A stretch of 64,000 bases of DNA from an uncultured Verrucomicrobiae bacterium (GTDB taxonomy: Bacteria > Verrucomicrobiota > Verrucomicrobiia > Limisphaerales > UBA11358). Positions within the stretch are counted from its first letter, which is position 1; each line of letters begins with the position of its first letter. The stretch lies in assembly GCA_963786375.1 (NCBI GenBank), contig CAWAYP010000001.1:107169-171168 (forward strand), read 5' to 3'. The position numbers were made by a program, and so were the translations under genes. Of the stretch, positions 56,911 through 64,000 are shown in pieces. Below the pieces are notes generated by a model. That model saw nothing but the letters and a program-made list of their open reading frames with translations, had not been told where the DNA came from and searched no databases.

Positions 56911-58302
56911 ATGAACGCCGCCGACCGCGCCAAACTCATCCGCGATTCACTCCCGCCGGGTGGTTTGTTTGCCAATCAAGACTGGCATACTTCGCCGGCG
57001 CCATTTCCGCTCGGTGAAAATCTGGCGAAGGAAATCGAATCACTGGGCCGCGTGTTGCTGCAATTCTATCGCGCGGTCAATCTGCTTTACCGGCGCAGCG
57101 TGGAAGGAAAACAGCCGGCGTGGATTGCGGATTTGCTGGACCACGGCAAGCCCGCGGAATTGATTGAGTTTCAGCGTTCGCCCGCGTTCAAGAATGACGT
57201 GCCGCGCGTCATCCGGCCCGACATTTTACTGACGGAAAACGGACTTGGCATCACCGAACTCGACTCCGTGCCCGGCGGCATCGGCTTGACGGCGTGGCTT
57301 GGGCGGACGTATTCCAACCTTGGGAGGGACGGCAGGTTACCGTCCCAAACTTTGGAAACGTCAACGGATAAATCAGGGACGGCGACACGCCGTCCCTCCC
57401 AGGAGATCATCGGCGGCGCGGATGGAATGATTCATGGTTTTGAAAGCATCTTTGGTGACGCGAAACAAATCCACATCGTCGTTTCCGAGGAAGCCGCGAC
57501 TTACCGGCCGGAAATGGAATGGCTGGCCGGACAATTTGAAGATTCAAGATTCAAGATTCAAGATTCAAAATTTGAAAGCTTCGCCGATGGTGATGCGGTT
57601 TACCGGTTCTTTGAACTGTTTGATCTGGCGAACGTCCCGAATGCAAAAAAAATCTTTGAACTGGCCGCTGGAAAAAAAATCCGGCTGACACCGCCGCCCA
57701 AGCCGGTTTTTGAGGAGAAGCTGTTGTTCGCGCTTTTGTGGAACCGGAATTTGCGCGAGTTCTGGCGGCAGGAACTGGGTGAGGGATTTTTATCGCGTCT
57801 GCAAAAATTGATTCCCTACACGTGGGCGGTGGATCCGGCGCCGCTGCCGCCGCACGCGGCGATTCCCGGACTGAATCTTACCGACTGGCGGCAACTTAAG
57901 GGCTTGTCCCAAAAGGAGCGCGAACTGATTTTGAAGGTGTCCGGTTTTTCCGAGCACGCGTGGGGCGCGCGCGGCGTCCATCTCGGCAGCGATTTGGCGC
58001 AGGCGGACTGGAGCGCGGCAGTGGACCGGGCCATTGCAGGCTTTTCGACTTCGCCGTTTGTGTTGCAACGTTACGAAAAACCGAAACTGGCCGAGGCGCA
58101 GTGGTTTGATTTTGACAAGAACGTCCTCGTGCCGATGAAAGGCCGGGTTCGGTTGTGCCCGTACTATTTTGTGGCCGGCGAAGGCGACGCGGCGCGTCCG
58201 CAACTGGGCGGTGTGCTGGCAACCATTGTTCCCGCCGATAAAAAAATTGTTCACGGCATGAGTGACGCAATTCTCGCGCCGTGCGCCATTGAGCCGGGGT
58301 GA
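56911..58302 (+). CDS. ATP-grasp-like amidoligase (circularly permuted ATP-grasp / glutathionylspermidine-synthase-like)
   Basis: Overall layout and segments such as RPDILLTENGLGITELDSVPGG, ILKVSGFSEHAWGARGVHLG and VLQRY suggest this superfamily. Not verified. Carries two in-frame repeat inserts. Confidence 0.6.
   Translation: MNAADRAKLIRDSLPPGGLFANQDWHTSPAPFPLGENLAKEIESLGRVLLQFYRAVNLLYRRSVEGKQPAWIADLLDHGKPAELIEFQRSPAFKNDVPRVIRPDILLTENGLGITELDSVPGGIGLTAWLGRTYSNLGRDGRLPSQTLETSTDKSGTATRRPSQEIIGGADGMIHGFESIFGDAKQIHIVVSEEAATYRPEMEWLAGQFEDSRFKIQDSKFESFADGDAVYRFFELFDLANVPNAKKIFELAAGKKIRLTPPPKPVFEEKLLFALLWNRNLREFWRQELGEGFLSRLQKLIPYTWAVDPAPLPPHAAIPGLNLTDWRQLKGLSQKERELILKVSGFSEHAWGARGVHLGSDLAQADWSAAVDRAIAGFSTSPFVLQRYEKPKLAEAQWFDFDKNVLVPMKGRVRLCPYYFVAGEGDAARPQLGGVLATIVPADKKIVHGMSDAILAPCAIEPG
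57322..57400. repeat. composite palindromic element, family A, inside the ATP-grasp gene
   Basis: GGGAGGGACGGCAGGTTACCGTCCC...CAGGGACGGCGACACGCCGTCCCTCCC. Read in-frame as GRDGRLPSQTLETSTDKSGTATRRPSQ. Confidence 0.85.
57541..57568 (+). repeat. (GATTCAA)x4 microsatellite inside the ATP-grasp gene
   Basis: gattcaa x4 within TTTGAAGATTCAAGATTCAAGATTCAAGATTCAAAATTTGAAAGCTTC. Translated as FEDSRFKIQDSKFESF. Confidence 0.85.
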
Positions 58303-58351
58303 ATAGTATTGACCCGCGCGTGGTGTTTTGTTAGACTGCCAGTCAAGCCAC

Positions 58352-59227
58352 ATGCCTCCCAAAATTCAAAGTGGTGATTCGAAAGCGGCGTCGCCCGAAC
58401 GCCGTCACGCCGCGTTGTTGAATCTGCTGGGCGATGAAAACGCGGAGGTTTATCAAGCCGTGCGCGGGCAAATCATGGCCGAAGGCGGCGGCGCGTGCGA
58501 ATGGCTGCGGCCCCATGTCTTGAGCGACGACCCGTTGTTGCGCCGGCGCGTCCAGGAAATCCTCCGGCACATGGACAGGCAGACGGGCGACAACCGCTTC
58601 CTCACTTTCTGCCTGAATCACGGCGAGGAATTTGATCTGGAATCCGCCTCGTGGCTGCTGGCGCAGACGCAATTTCCCGAAATCAACGTGGAGGCGTATC
58701 AGGCGCTGCTCGACGGGTATGCAAACGCGCTGCGCGAGCGCACCGACCGCCACGGACGCGCGGGCGCGGTGTTGGGAAAAATCAACGACTATATTTTTGA
58801 CGAACTTGGTTTCAAGGGGAACGAGCAACATTACTACGAACCGGACAACAGTTATCTGAACCGCGTGCTTGACCGGCGGACGGGCAATCCCATCACGCTT
58901 TGTTTGTTTTACATGCTGCTGGCGCGGCGGCTGCGGCTGCCGATCACGGGTATTGGCCTGCCGGGACATTTCATCTGCCGCCACCAATCCGCCTCCGGCG
59001 AAATCTACGTGGACGTCTTCAACCGCGGACGCCTGCTGACCAAGGCCGATTGCGTGCATTACCTCGTGCGGGGCAATTACGATTTGCGCGAGGAATACCT
59101 CGCGCCGGTCAGCCCGCGCCGGATTCTGCTGCGGATCTGCAGCAATCTGCACCAGATTTATCTCGAACTGGGCTTGCAGGACGACGCCACGCGCGTGCAA
59201 CGTTACCTCGTGGCGCTCGCGCGCTGA
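58352..59227 (+). CDS. transglutaminase-like / SirB1 (UPF0162) family protein
   Basis: NSYLNRVLDRRTGNPITLCLFYMLLARRLRLPITGIGLPGHFIC is typical of the SirB1-type transglutaminase-like fold, followed by TPR-like helices. The ORF track starts at 58328. Confidence 0.72.
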   Translation: MPPKIQSGDSKAASPERRHAALLNLLGDENAEVYQAVRGQIMAEGGGACEWLRPHVLSDDPLLRRRVQEILRHMDRQTGDNRFLTFCLNHGEEFDLESASWLLAQTQFPEINVEAYQALLDGYANALRERTDRHGRAGAVLGKINDYIFDELGFKGNEQHYYEPDNSYLNRVLDRRTGNPITLCLFYMLLARRLRLPITGIGLPGHFICRHQSASGEIYVDVFNRGRLLTKADCVHYLVRGNYDLREEYLAPVSPRRILLRICSNLHQIYLELGLQDDATRVQRYLVALAR

Positions 59228-59357
59228 CTTGCCAAACCGCCGCTCGTCGCGTTGAAAGGGAATGAAGAAAAAATCGCCGGAGAAACCAGCGGCCGGAGAT
59301 TCACCGAATTCGGGGCTTTGGCTTGCGTCCCGTTTCCGTTGCGCGCAAGAAAAGGGC

Positions 59358-59774
59358 ATGGTTTACCAAAAACAAATCCTGCTGGAAACCCGTGGCCACC
59401 GGCAGATGCACGATCTGACGGCGGACGTGGCCCAGATCATCCATGACTCCGGCGTGCGCACGGGCACGGCGCACGTGTTCAACGTCGGCAGCACCGGCGC
59501 GCTGGGCGCGATCGAATTTGAGCCGGGCCTGATGGAAGACCTGCCCGACACGTTGGACAAGCTCATCCCGCCCAGCCGCAACTACGGACACGAACGCGCC
59601 TGGCACGATGGCAACGGCCATTCGCATTTGCAGGCCTCGTTGCTGGGACCGTCATTGACCGTGCCGGTGGCCGGCGGGAAACCGGTGTTGGGCACCTGGC
59701 AACAGATTTTCCATCTGGAATGTGACATCAAACCCCGCCGCCGCACCATCGTGGTAACTGTGTCTGGTGAATGA
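59358..59774 (+). CDS. YjbQ/UPF0047 family protein (secondary thiamine-phosphate synthase-like)
   Basis: TGTAHVFNVGSTGALGAIEFEPGL.EDL ... GHSHLQASLLGPSLTVPV..GK..LGTWQQIF..ECD. Start trimmed to ATG 59358. Confidence 0.88.
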   Translation: MVYQKQILLETRGHRQMHDLTADVAQIIHDSGVRTGTAHVFNVGSTGALGAIEFEPGLMEDLPDTLDKLIPPSRNYGHERAWHDGNGHSHLQASLLGPSLTVPVAGGKPVLGTWQQIFHLECDIKPRRRTIVVTVSGE

Positions 59775-60132
59775 ATGTGAATTTTCAACGCAGAGACGCA
59801 GAGACGCGAAGGTTTTAACCACGGATGAACACGGATGGACACAGATTCTTTAGCCATAAAAAGGCACAGAAAGCGCAAAGGTTTTGACACGAATTCCACA
59901 AATTTACACCAATTCAAATGCGCTGAAGGCGCAACGGAAATCAGCCCGGTGTTGGCGCGCAGCGACTACGCCGGGTCAGCGCCCACAAAAGAATTCCTTC
60001 TCCCATCGGATGAGGGCGCGTGAAAATAGTTGCAATCCGGCGACATTGAATGGAAATTATTCACGGTTGACCGGACTTGCCGCGCGAAACAGGTTTGATT
60101 CTTCCGGTTTGATTCTGCATTCTTTCCGGGTC

Positions 60133-61245
60133 GTGAACATTCCCAAACATCGCCGGGCGATTGACAAGCTGGACGCGCAGATTGTCCGGCTGCTCAACGA
60201 GCGCACGAAACACGTGCTCGCCATCGGCACCATGAAGCTCAAGGCGGGCGAGGAGATTTACGCGCCGCACCGTGAACGGGCCGTGCTCGAACGCATCTGC
60301 CAGCTCAATCAGGGGCCGATGACCGACGAGCAGTTGCGCGCGGTTTACCGCGAGGTCATGTCCAGCGCGCTGGCGCTCGAAAAGACCATGACCATCGCGT
60401 ATCTCGGCCCGGAGGCGACGTTCACGCATCAGGCGGCCATCCGCCGGTTCGGCGCCAGCCTGCGTTACGCGCCGCAGAAAACCATCGCGGACGTTTTCAC
60501 CGAGGTCAGCAAAAAGAGCGCGGATTACGGCGTGGTGCCGGTGGAAAATTCCACCGAAGGTGTCGTCACGCACACGCTCGACATGTTCGTGGACAGCGAT
60601 TTGAAGATTGTTTCCCAAATCGTTTTGCCGGTTTCGCACTGTTTTGTCAGCCACTATGCGAGGGAAAAGATAAGGCGGATTTACGTTCATCCCCAAACGC
60701 TTGGACAGTGCCGGAATTGGTTGCAGAAGAATTTCCCCAACGCGGAAGTGGTGGAGACTTCTTCCAATGCCAAATCCGCGCAATTGGCGGCTGAAGCCCT
60801 GTCTTTGGAAAAGAGCAGGAAGGCGGGTGACAGCAAGCAATGGCATACGGTTCATACCGCTGCGATTACGTCCGAACTGGCTGCCGAGAAATACAAGCTG
60901 CCAATTCTGGAGCAGGACATTCAGGACAACGCCGCCAACGCCACCCGCTTTCTCGTGCTGGGCCGCCAATGCAGTCCGCCCACGGGCGACGATCGCACGA
61001 GCTTGATGATCAGCGTGGCCGACAAGTCCGGCGCGCTGCATGAGGCGATTGCCGCGTTCCGCCGTTACAAAATCAACATGACCAAGATTGAATCGCGCCC
61101 CAGCAAGCGGAAGGCGTGGGAATACTTTTTCTTCATTGATTGCGACGGGCACGCGCAGGACCGCAAGGTGGCCAATGCCATCCGCCTGCTCGGCGAGCAC
61201 TGCAATTTTGTCAAAATCCTTGGCTCTTATCCGAACATGGAATAA
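60133..61245 (+). CDS. pheA: bifunctional chorismate mutase / prephenate dehydratase (P-protein)
   Basis: CM domain (IDKLDAQIVRLLNERTKHVLAIG), PDT domain (IAYLGPEATFTHQAA, GVVPVENSTEG), ACT domain (TSLMISVADKSGALHEA..., ESRPS). In-frame GTG 60133 is the proposed start; the ORF-track start at 59884 lies in repeat-rich spacer. Confidence 0.88.
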   Translation: MNIPKHRRAIDKLDAQIVRLLNERTKHVLAIGTMKLKAGEEIYAPHRERAVLERICQLNQGPMTDEQLRAVYREVMSSALALEKTMTIAYLGPEATFTHQAAIRRFGASLRYAPQKTIADVFTEVSKKSADYGVVPVENSTEGVVTHTLDMFVDSDLKIVSQIVLPVSHCFVSHYAREKIRRIYVHPQTLGQCRNWLQKNFPNAEVVETSSNAKSAQLAAEALSLEKSRKAGDSKQWHTVHTAAITSELAAEKYKLPILEQDIQDNAANATRFLVLGRQCSPPTGDDRTSLMISVADKSGALHEAIAAFRRYKINMTKIESRPSKRKAWEYFFFIDCDGHAQDRKVANAIRLLGEHCNFVKILGSYPNME

Positions 61246-61371
61246 TCCCAGTCACCAAAATGCGGCCGATTGCGGGAAGTCATCTGCTTCATTCCGAGGT
61301 GGTTGGAGAGGTAAGCTGCCGTAATCATATTTTGCTTTCCAAACAATTACAAAATGTGATAGTATGGCATC

Positions 61372-62073
61372 GTGGAAGGGAAAGAAAATCCCGATGGTTT
61401 CTTCATTTGGGGAATTGACGATGCCCCTTATGGTCCAGTGGAGCTGGCGGTTCTGACGGACTGGATCAAGGACGCGCGCGTTCTGCCCGACACGTGGGTT
61501 TTCGCGCGGCGCACCGGCGCCTGGCAGCAGGCCACGGACATTCCCGAACTCAAACAGTTTTTTGACCAGCCGACCGGGGTGGTTTCGGGCGCTGCCTCCC
61601 GCGCCGGGGTGACCCCCGGTTCATTGCGGCGGATTAAAATTCTGGTCGACCTGAACGACGCGCAGCTCGAGCATTTGCTGGACTTCATGGAGTTGCAGCG
61701 TGTGCCGCAATGGTCGGTGGTGGTCCGGCAGGGGGATCCGGGCGATGCCATGTTCCTGGTTCTGGCTGGCGAGTTGCGCGCTCGAATCCTGCTGGGCGAC
61801 CGGGAGACAATTCTGGCCACATTTGGCGCGGGAGATTTTTTCGGGGACATGTCGTTGTTTGACCAGGGGCCGCGTTCGGCGGACGTCATCGCCAATGCGG
61901 ACAGCACCGTGCTGAGAATTTCGGTGGCGGCCTGCGACCGGCTTACGCGGGAAGCTCCCGCACTGGCCACGCCGTTTCTGCGGGCGACCGCCAGAACCCT
62001 CGCGGCCAGAATCCGCGCCGACAACAAACGGTTCAATCAATTGACCCAACAGTTCCATGTCAGCCGCGGGTAA
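61372..62073 (+). CDS. GYF_2 (DUF4339)-like N-terminal domain fused to a cyclic-nucleotide-binding domain
   Basis: PYGPVELAVLTDWIKDARVLPDTWVF.RRTGAWQQATDIPEL is GYF_2-like. GDPGDAMFLVLAGEL...FGAGDFFGDMSLFD..PRSADV is cNMP-binding. GTG start. Confidence 0.78.
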   Translation: MEGKENPDGFFIWGIDDAPYGPVELAVLTDWIKDARVLPDTWVFARRTGAWQQATDIPELKQFFDQPTGVVSGAASRAGVTPGSLRRIKILVDLNDAQLEHLLDFMELQRVPQWSVVVRQGDPGDAMFLVLAGELRARILLGDRETILATFGAGDFFGDMSLFDQGPRSADVIANADSTVLRISVAACDRLTREAPALATPFLRATARTLAARIRADNKRFNQLTQQFHVSRG

Positions 62074-62110
62074 TGCCCGCCGTCCCCGCAGCCTGCCAGT
62101 GAGGTCGGAG

Positions 62111-62782
62111 TTATTTTTCGGAACAGGTTTTGATTTCTTTGGCCAATGCCGCCGCGCTTTCCGTCCGTTCCACTTTGCCGTCGAACAGAATGTCACTCAT
62201 GGATTCATACTGGCCGTAATACACCTTGTTGGCGTTGTCGTCGGGTGAAAGGGCGCTGCCTTTTATGGCCGCGCCGGCGTAGAAACCATTGTGGTCGTCG
62301 TAAACCCTCACGGAGGGGAAGGCTGGAACGATTTTGCTTTCCGTCCGGGAGGAGTTATTGCCGGCGGTGCCCTGGGCTTCCGCGCCAAAATCCATGGCCG
62401 GTTCCAGCAGCGCATGGGTTGTGTTGGTGGTCATCAGCAGGATCGCGTAAAAATTTTGCTCGCCGCCGGCTTGAAAGCCCAAACTGCCCTCGTCGGCGGT
62501 CAGAAACGCCGCCGGACTCCAATGTCCCCACTTGTTCTTGACCAGGGCCACGCCATGGCCGCCCTGAAAGGCGAACATGAAACCTGCCTTGGTGGTGTCC
62601 AGCAAAATAATGCCCTGCGCTTTGCGCAAGACTTCCGCCGGCACGCGCTTGTCTGGTTCCGCCTGCAGCGCCTCAAATTTGGCGGTCAACGCGCGGATGC
62701 GGTCGTCCAACTGCGCCCGGTCCGCGCCGAACGCCGCACTGATGAAACCCAATAAAGCCAGACTTAGTATCATCGTTTTCAT
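62111..62782 (-). CDS. SYLF (Ysc84/DUF500) lipid-binding domain protein, secreted
   Basis: Signal peptide, then KAQGIILLDTTKAGFMFAFQGGHGVALVK and GSLGFQAGGE, typical of SYLF domains. Confidence 0.8.
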   Translation of the reverse strand: MKTMILSLALLGFISAAFGADRAQLDDRIRALTAKFEALQAEPDKRVPAEVLRKAQGIILLDTTKAGFMFAFQGGHGVALVKNKWGHWSPAAFLTADEGSLGFQAGGEQNFYAILLMTTNTTHALLEPAMDFGAEAQGTAGNNSSRTESKIVPAFPSVRVYDDHNGFYAGAAIKGSALSPDDNANKVYYGQYESMSDILFDGKVERTESAAALAKEIKTCSEK

Positions 62783-62999
62783 GGTTCAAATTTCAATTCA
62801 GCCCTTTTCTTCTCTTAACTCGGGAGTTTGACAACAGATTGCGGGACCTGTTTGAAAAATAAAAAAATTGCCGGCTTTCCGGCGGATGAACCATTTGGCC
62901 CGGCTGGACAAGTCTCCCGCTTTGGATCCGCCGCCAATTTCGACTTCGTTTGTCCAAAATTGCGCTTTGCACGCCGTAGGCCAAGCTTAGAATGTTCTT

Positions 63000-64000
63000 A
63001 TGAGCTTGAATTTCACCGGACAATTCCCGGCGTATCGCCCGCGCCGGTTGCGGCAATCACCGGCGCTGCGGCGGCTCGTTGCCGAAACGCGTTTGAGCGT
63101 TGAGCAACTCGTCCTGCCGTTGTTCGCGCGCGCCGGCAAAAAACTGCGCCGCCCCATCGAGGCAATGCCCGGCGTGTTTCAGTTTTCACCCGACGAACTG
63201 GTCCGCGAAGCGGCGCGTGCCCATGCGCTGGGTGTGCCGGCGGTTTTGCTCTTCGGCATCCCCGGCCAAAAGGACGCCAAGGCTTCGGGCGCTTACGCAA
63301 AGACCGGCATTGTGCAGCAAACCATCCGGCGGTTGAAAAAGGAGCTGCCGTCGCTGCTCGTCATCACGGACGTTTGCCTGTGCGAATACATGGAGCACGG
63401 GCATTGCGGCATCGTGAAGCGCGGGAAAATTTTGAACGACCCGACGTTGGAATTGCTCGCACGCACCGCCGCCAGCCATGCCGAGGCCGGCGCGGACATG
63501 GTGGCGCCGAGCGATATGATGGACGGCCGCGTGCGCGCCATCCGCGCGGAGCTGGACCAAAACGGTTTTGTTGACACGCCCATCATGTCCTACGCGGCCA
63601 AATTTGCGTCGGCATTTTACGGGCCATTCCGCGAGGCCGCCGAGTCCGCGCCGAAATTCGGTGACCGGCGGAGTTACCAGATGGACGCGGCGAATGCAGG
63701 CGAGGCGTTGCGCGAAGTGGCGTTGGACATTCAGGAGGGCGCGGACATCGTGATGGTCAAACCGGCGCTGGCGTATCTCGACTTGATTCATCGCGTCAAA
63801 ACCGGGTTTGGTTATCCGACCGCCGCGTATTCCGTGAGCGCCGAGCACGCGATGATCCGGGCGGCGGCGGCCAAAGGCTGGATTGATGAACGCGCCGTGA
63901 CCCTGGAAAGCCTGCTGGCCATGCGGCGGGCGGGCGCGGACATTCTCATCACTTACGCCGCGGCGGATGTGGCAAAGTGGCTGAAATCGGGGATGGCATC
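63000..64000 (+). CDS. hemB: porphobilinogen synthase (partial; runs off the window end)
   Basis: Hand-translated from ATG 63000: RPRRLRQSPALRRLVAETRLSVEQLVLPLF, DVCLCEYMEHGHCG (Zn-type Cys motif), MVAPSDMMDGRV, SYAAKFASAFYGPFR, MVKPA. Absent from the ORF track because no stop falls within the window. Confidence 0.93.
   Translation, partial: MSLNFTGQFPAYRPRRLRQSPALRRLVAETRLSVEQLVLPLFARAGKKLRRPIEAMPGVFQFSPDELVREAARAHALGVPAVLLFGIPGQKDAKASGAYAKTGIVQQTIRRLKKELPSLLVITDVCLCEYMEHGHCGIVKRGKILNDPTLELLARTAASHAEAGADMVAPSDMMDGRVRAIRAELDQNGFVDTPIMSYAAKFASAFYGPFREAAESAPKFGDRRSYQMDAANAGEALREVALDIQEGADIVMVKPALAYLDLIHRVKTGFGYPTAAYSVSAEHAMIRAAAAKGWIDERAVTLESLLAMRRAGADILITYAAADVAKWLKSGMA

Noticed and set aside
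58343-59359. 338-aa minus-strand ORF
   Set aside because: Antisense to the transglutaminase-like gene, with shadow-frame composition.
60061-61200. 379-aa minus-strand ORF
   Set aside because: Antisense to pheA; no recognisable motifs.

Overview
This is a 64-kb chromosomal segment with high GC (roughly 58-60% by eye) and a few sharply AT-rich pockets. I infer a PVC-superphylum, Verrucomicrobia-like organism. The basis is two prepilin-type GFTLTELLVVIA proteins ending in a VDGH motif, a giant TolB-like surface protein, a four-helix-bundle (23S IVS-type) gene cassette, and many GC-rich composite palindromes. Most of the window is housekeeping: purM, ygfZ/gcvT-like, apgM, pgsA, ftsK, metK, ahcY, thiC behind a TPP riboswitch, prfC (frame-disrupted), an ABC-F ATPase, lpxD, infA, pheA and hemB (partial). 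It also holds a four-gene MacAB-like efflux operon, a GH27 alpha-galactosidase, several small regulator/effector pairs (SahR-like with metK, ArsR with SRPBCC, HxlR with pirin), a UPF0175/DUF3368 toxin-antitoxin pair, and two tRNAs (Arg-CCT, Val-GAC). No rRNA, CRISPR array, integrase or transposase gene was seen. The main second-look items are: (1) a stack of small cassettes at the thiC 3' end, each closed by a copy of the thiC tail, plus a displaced 135-bp thiC 3' end; (2) a 0.68-kb AT-rich two-gene module with perfect 14-bp terminal inverted repeats and a 9-bp direct duplication but no transposase; (3) palindromic repeat elements inserted in-frame and stop-free into purM, an ATP-grasp gene, the ygfZ-like gene, thiC and htrA, resembling Rickettsia palindromic elements; (4) a four-helix-bundle cassette with inverted flanks splitting metK from ahcY; (5) a frame-disrupted prfC; (6) a REC-Hpt-like-REC protein fused to about 1 kb of tandem coiled-coil repeats. 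All functional calls come from reading motifs in the supplied translations. No database search was run.
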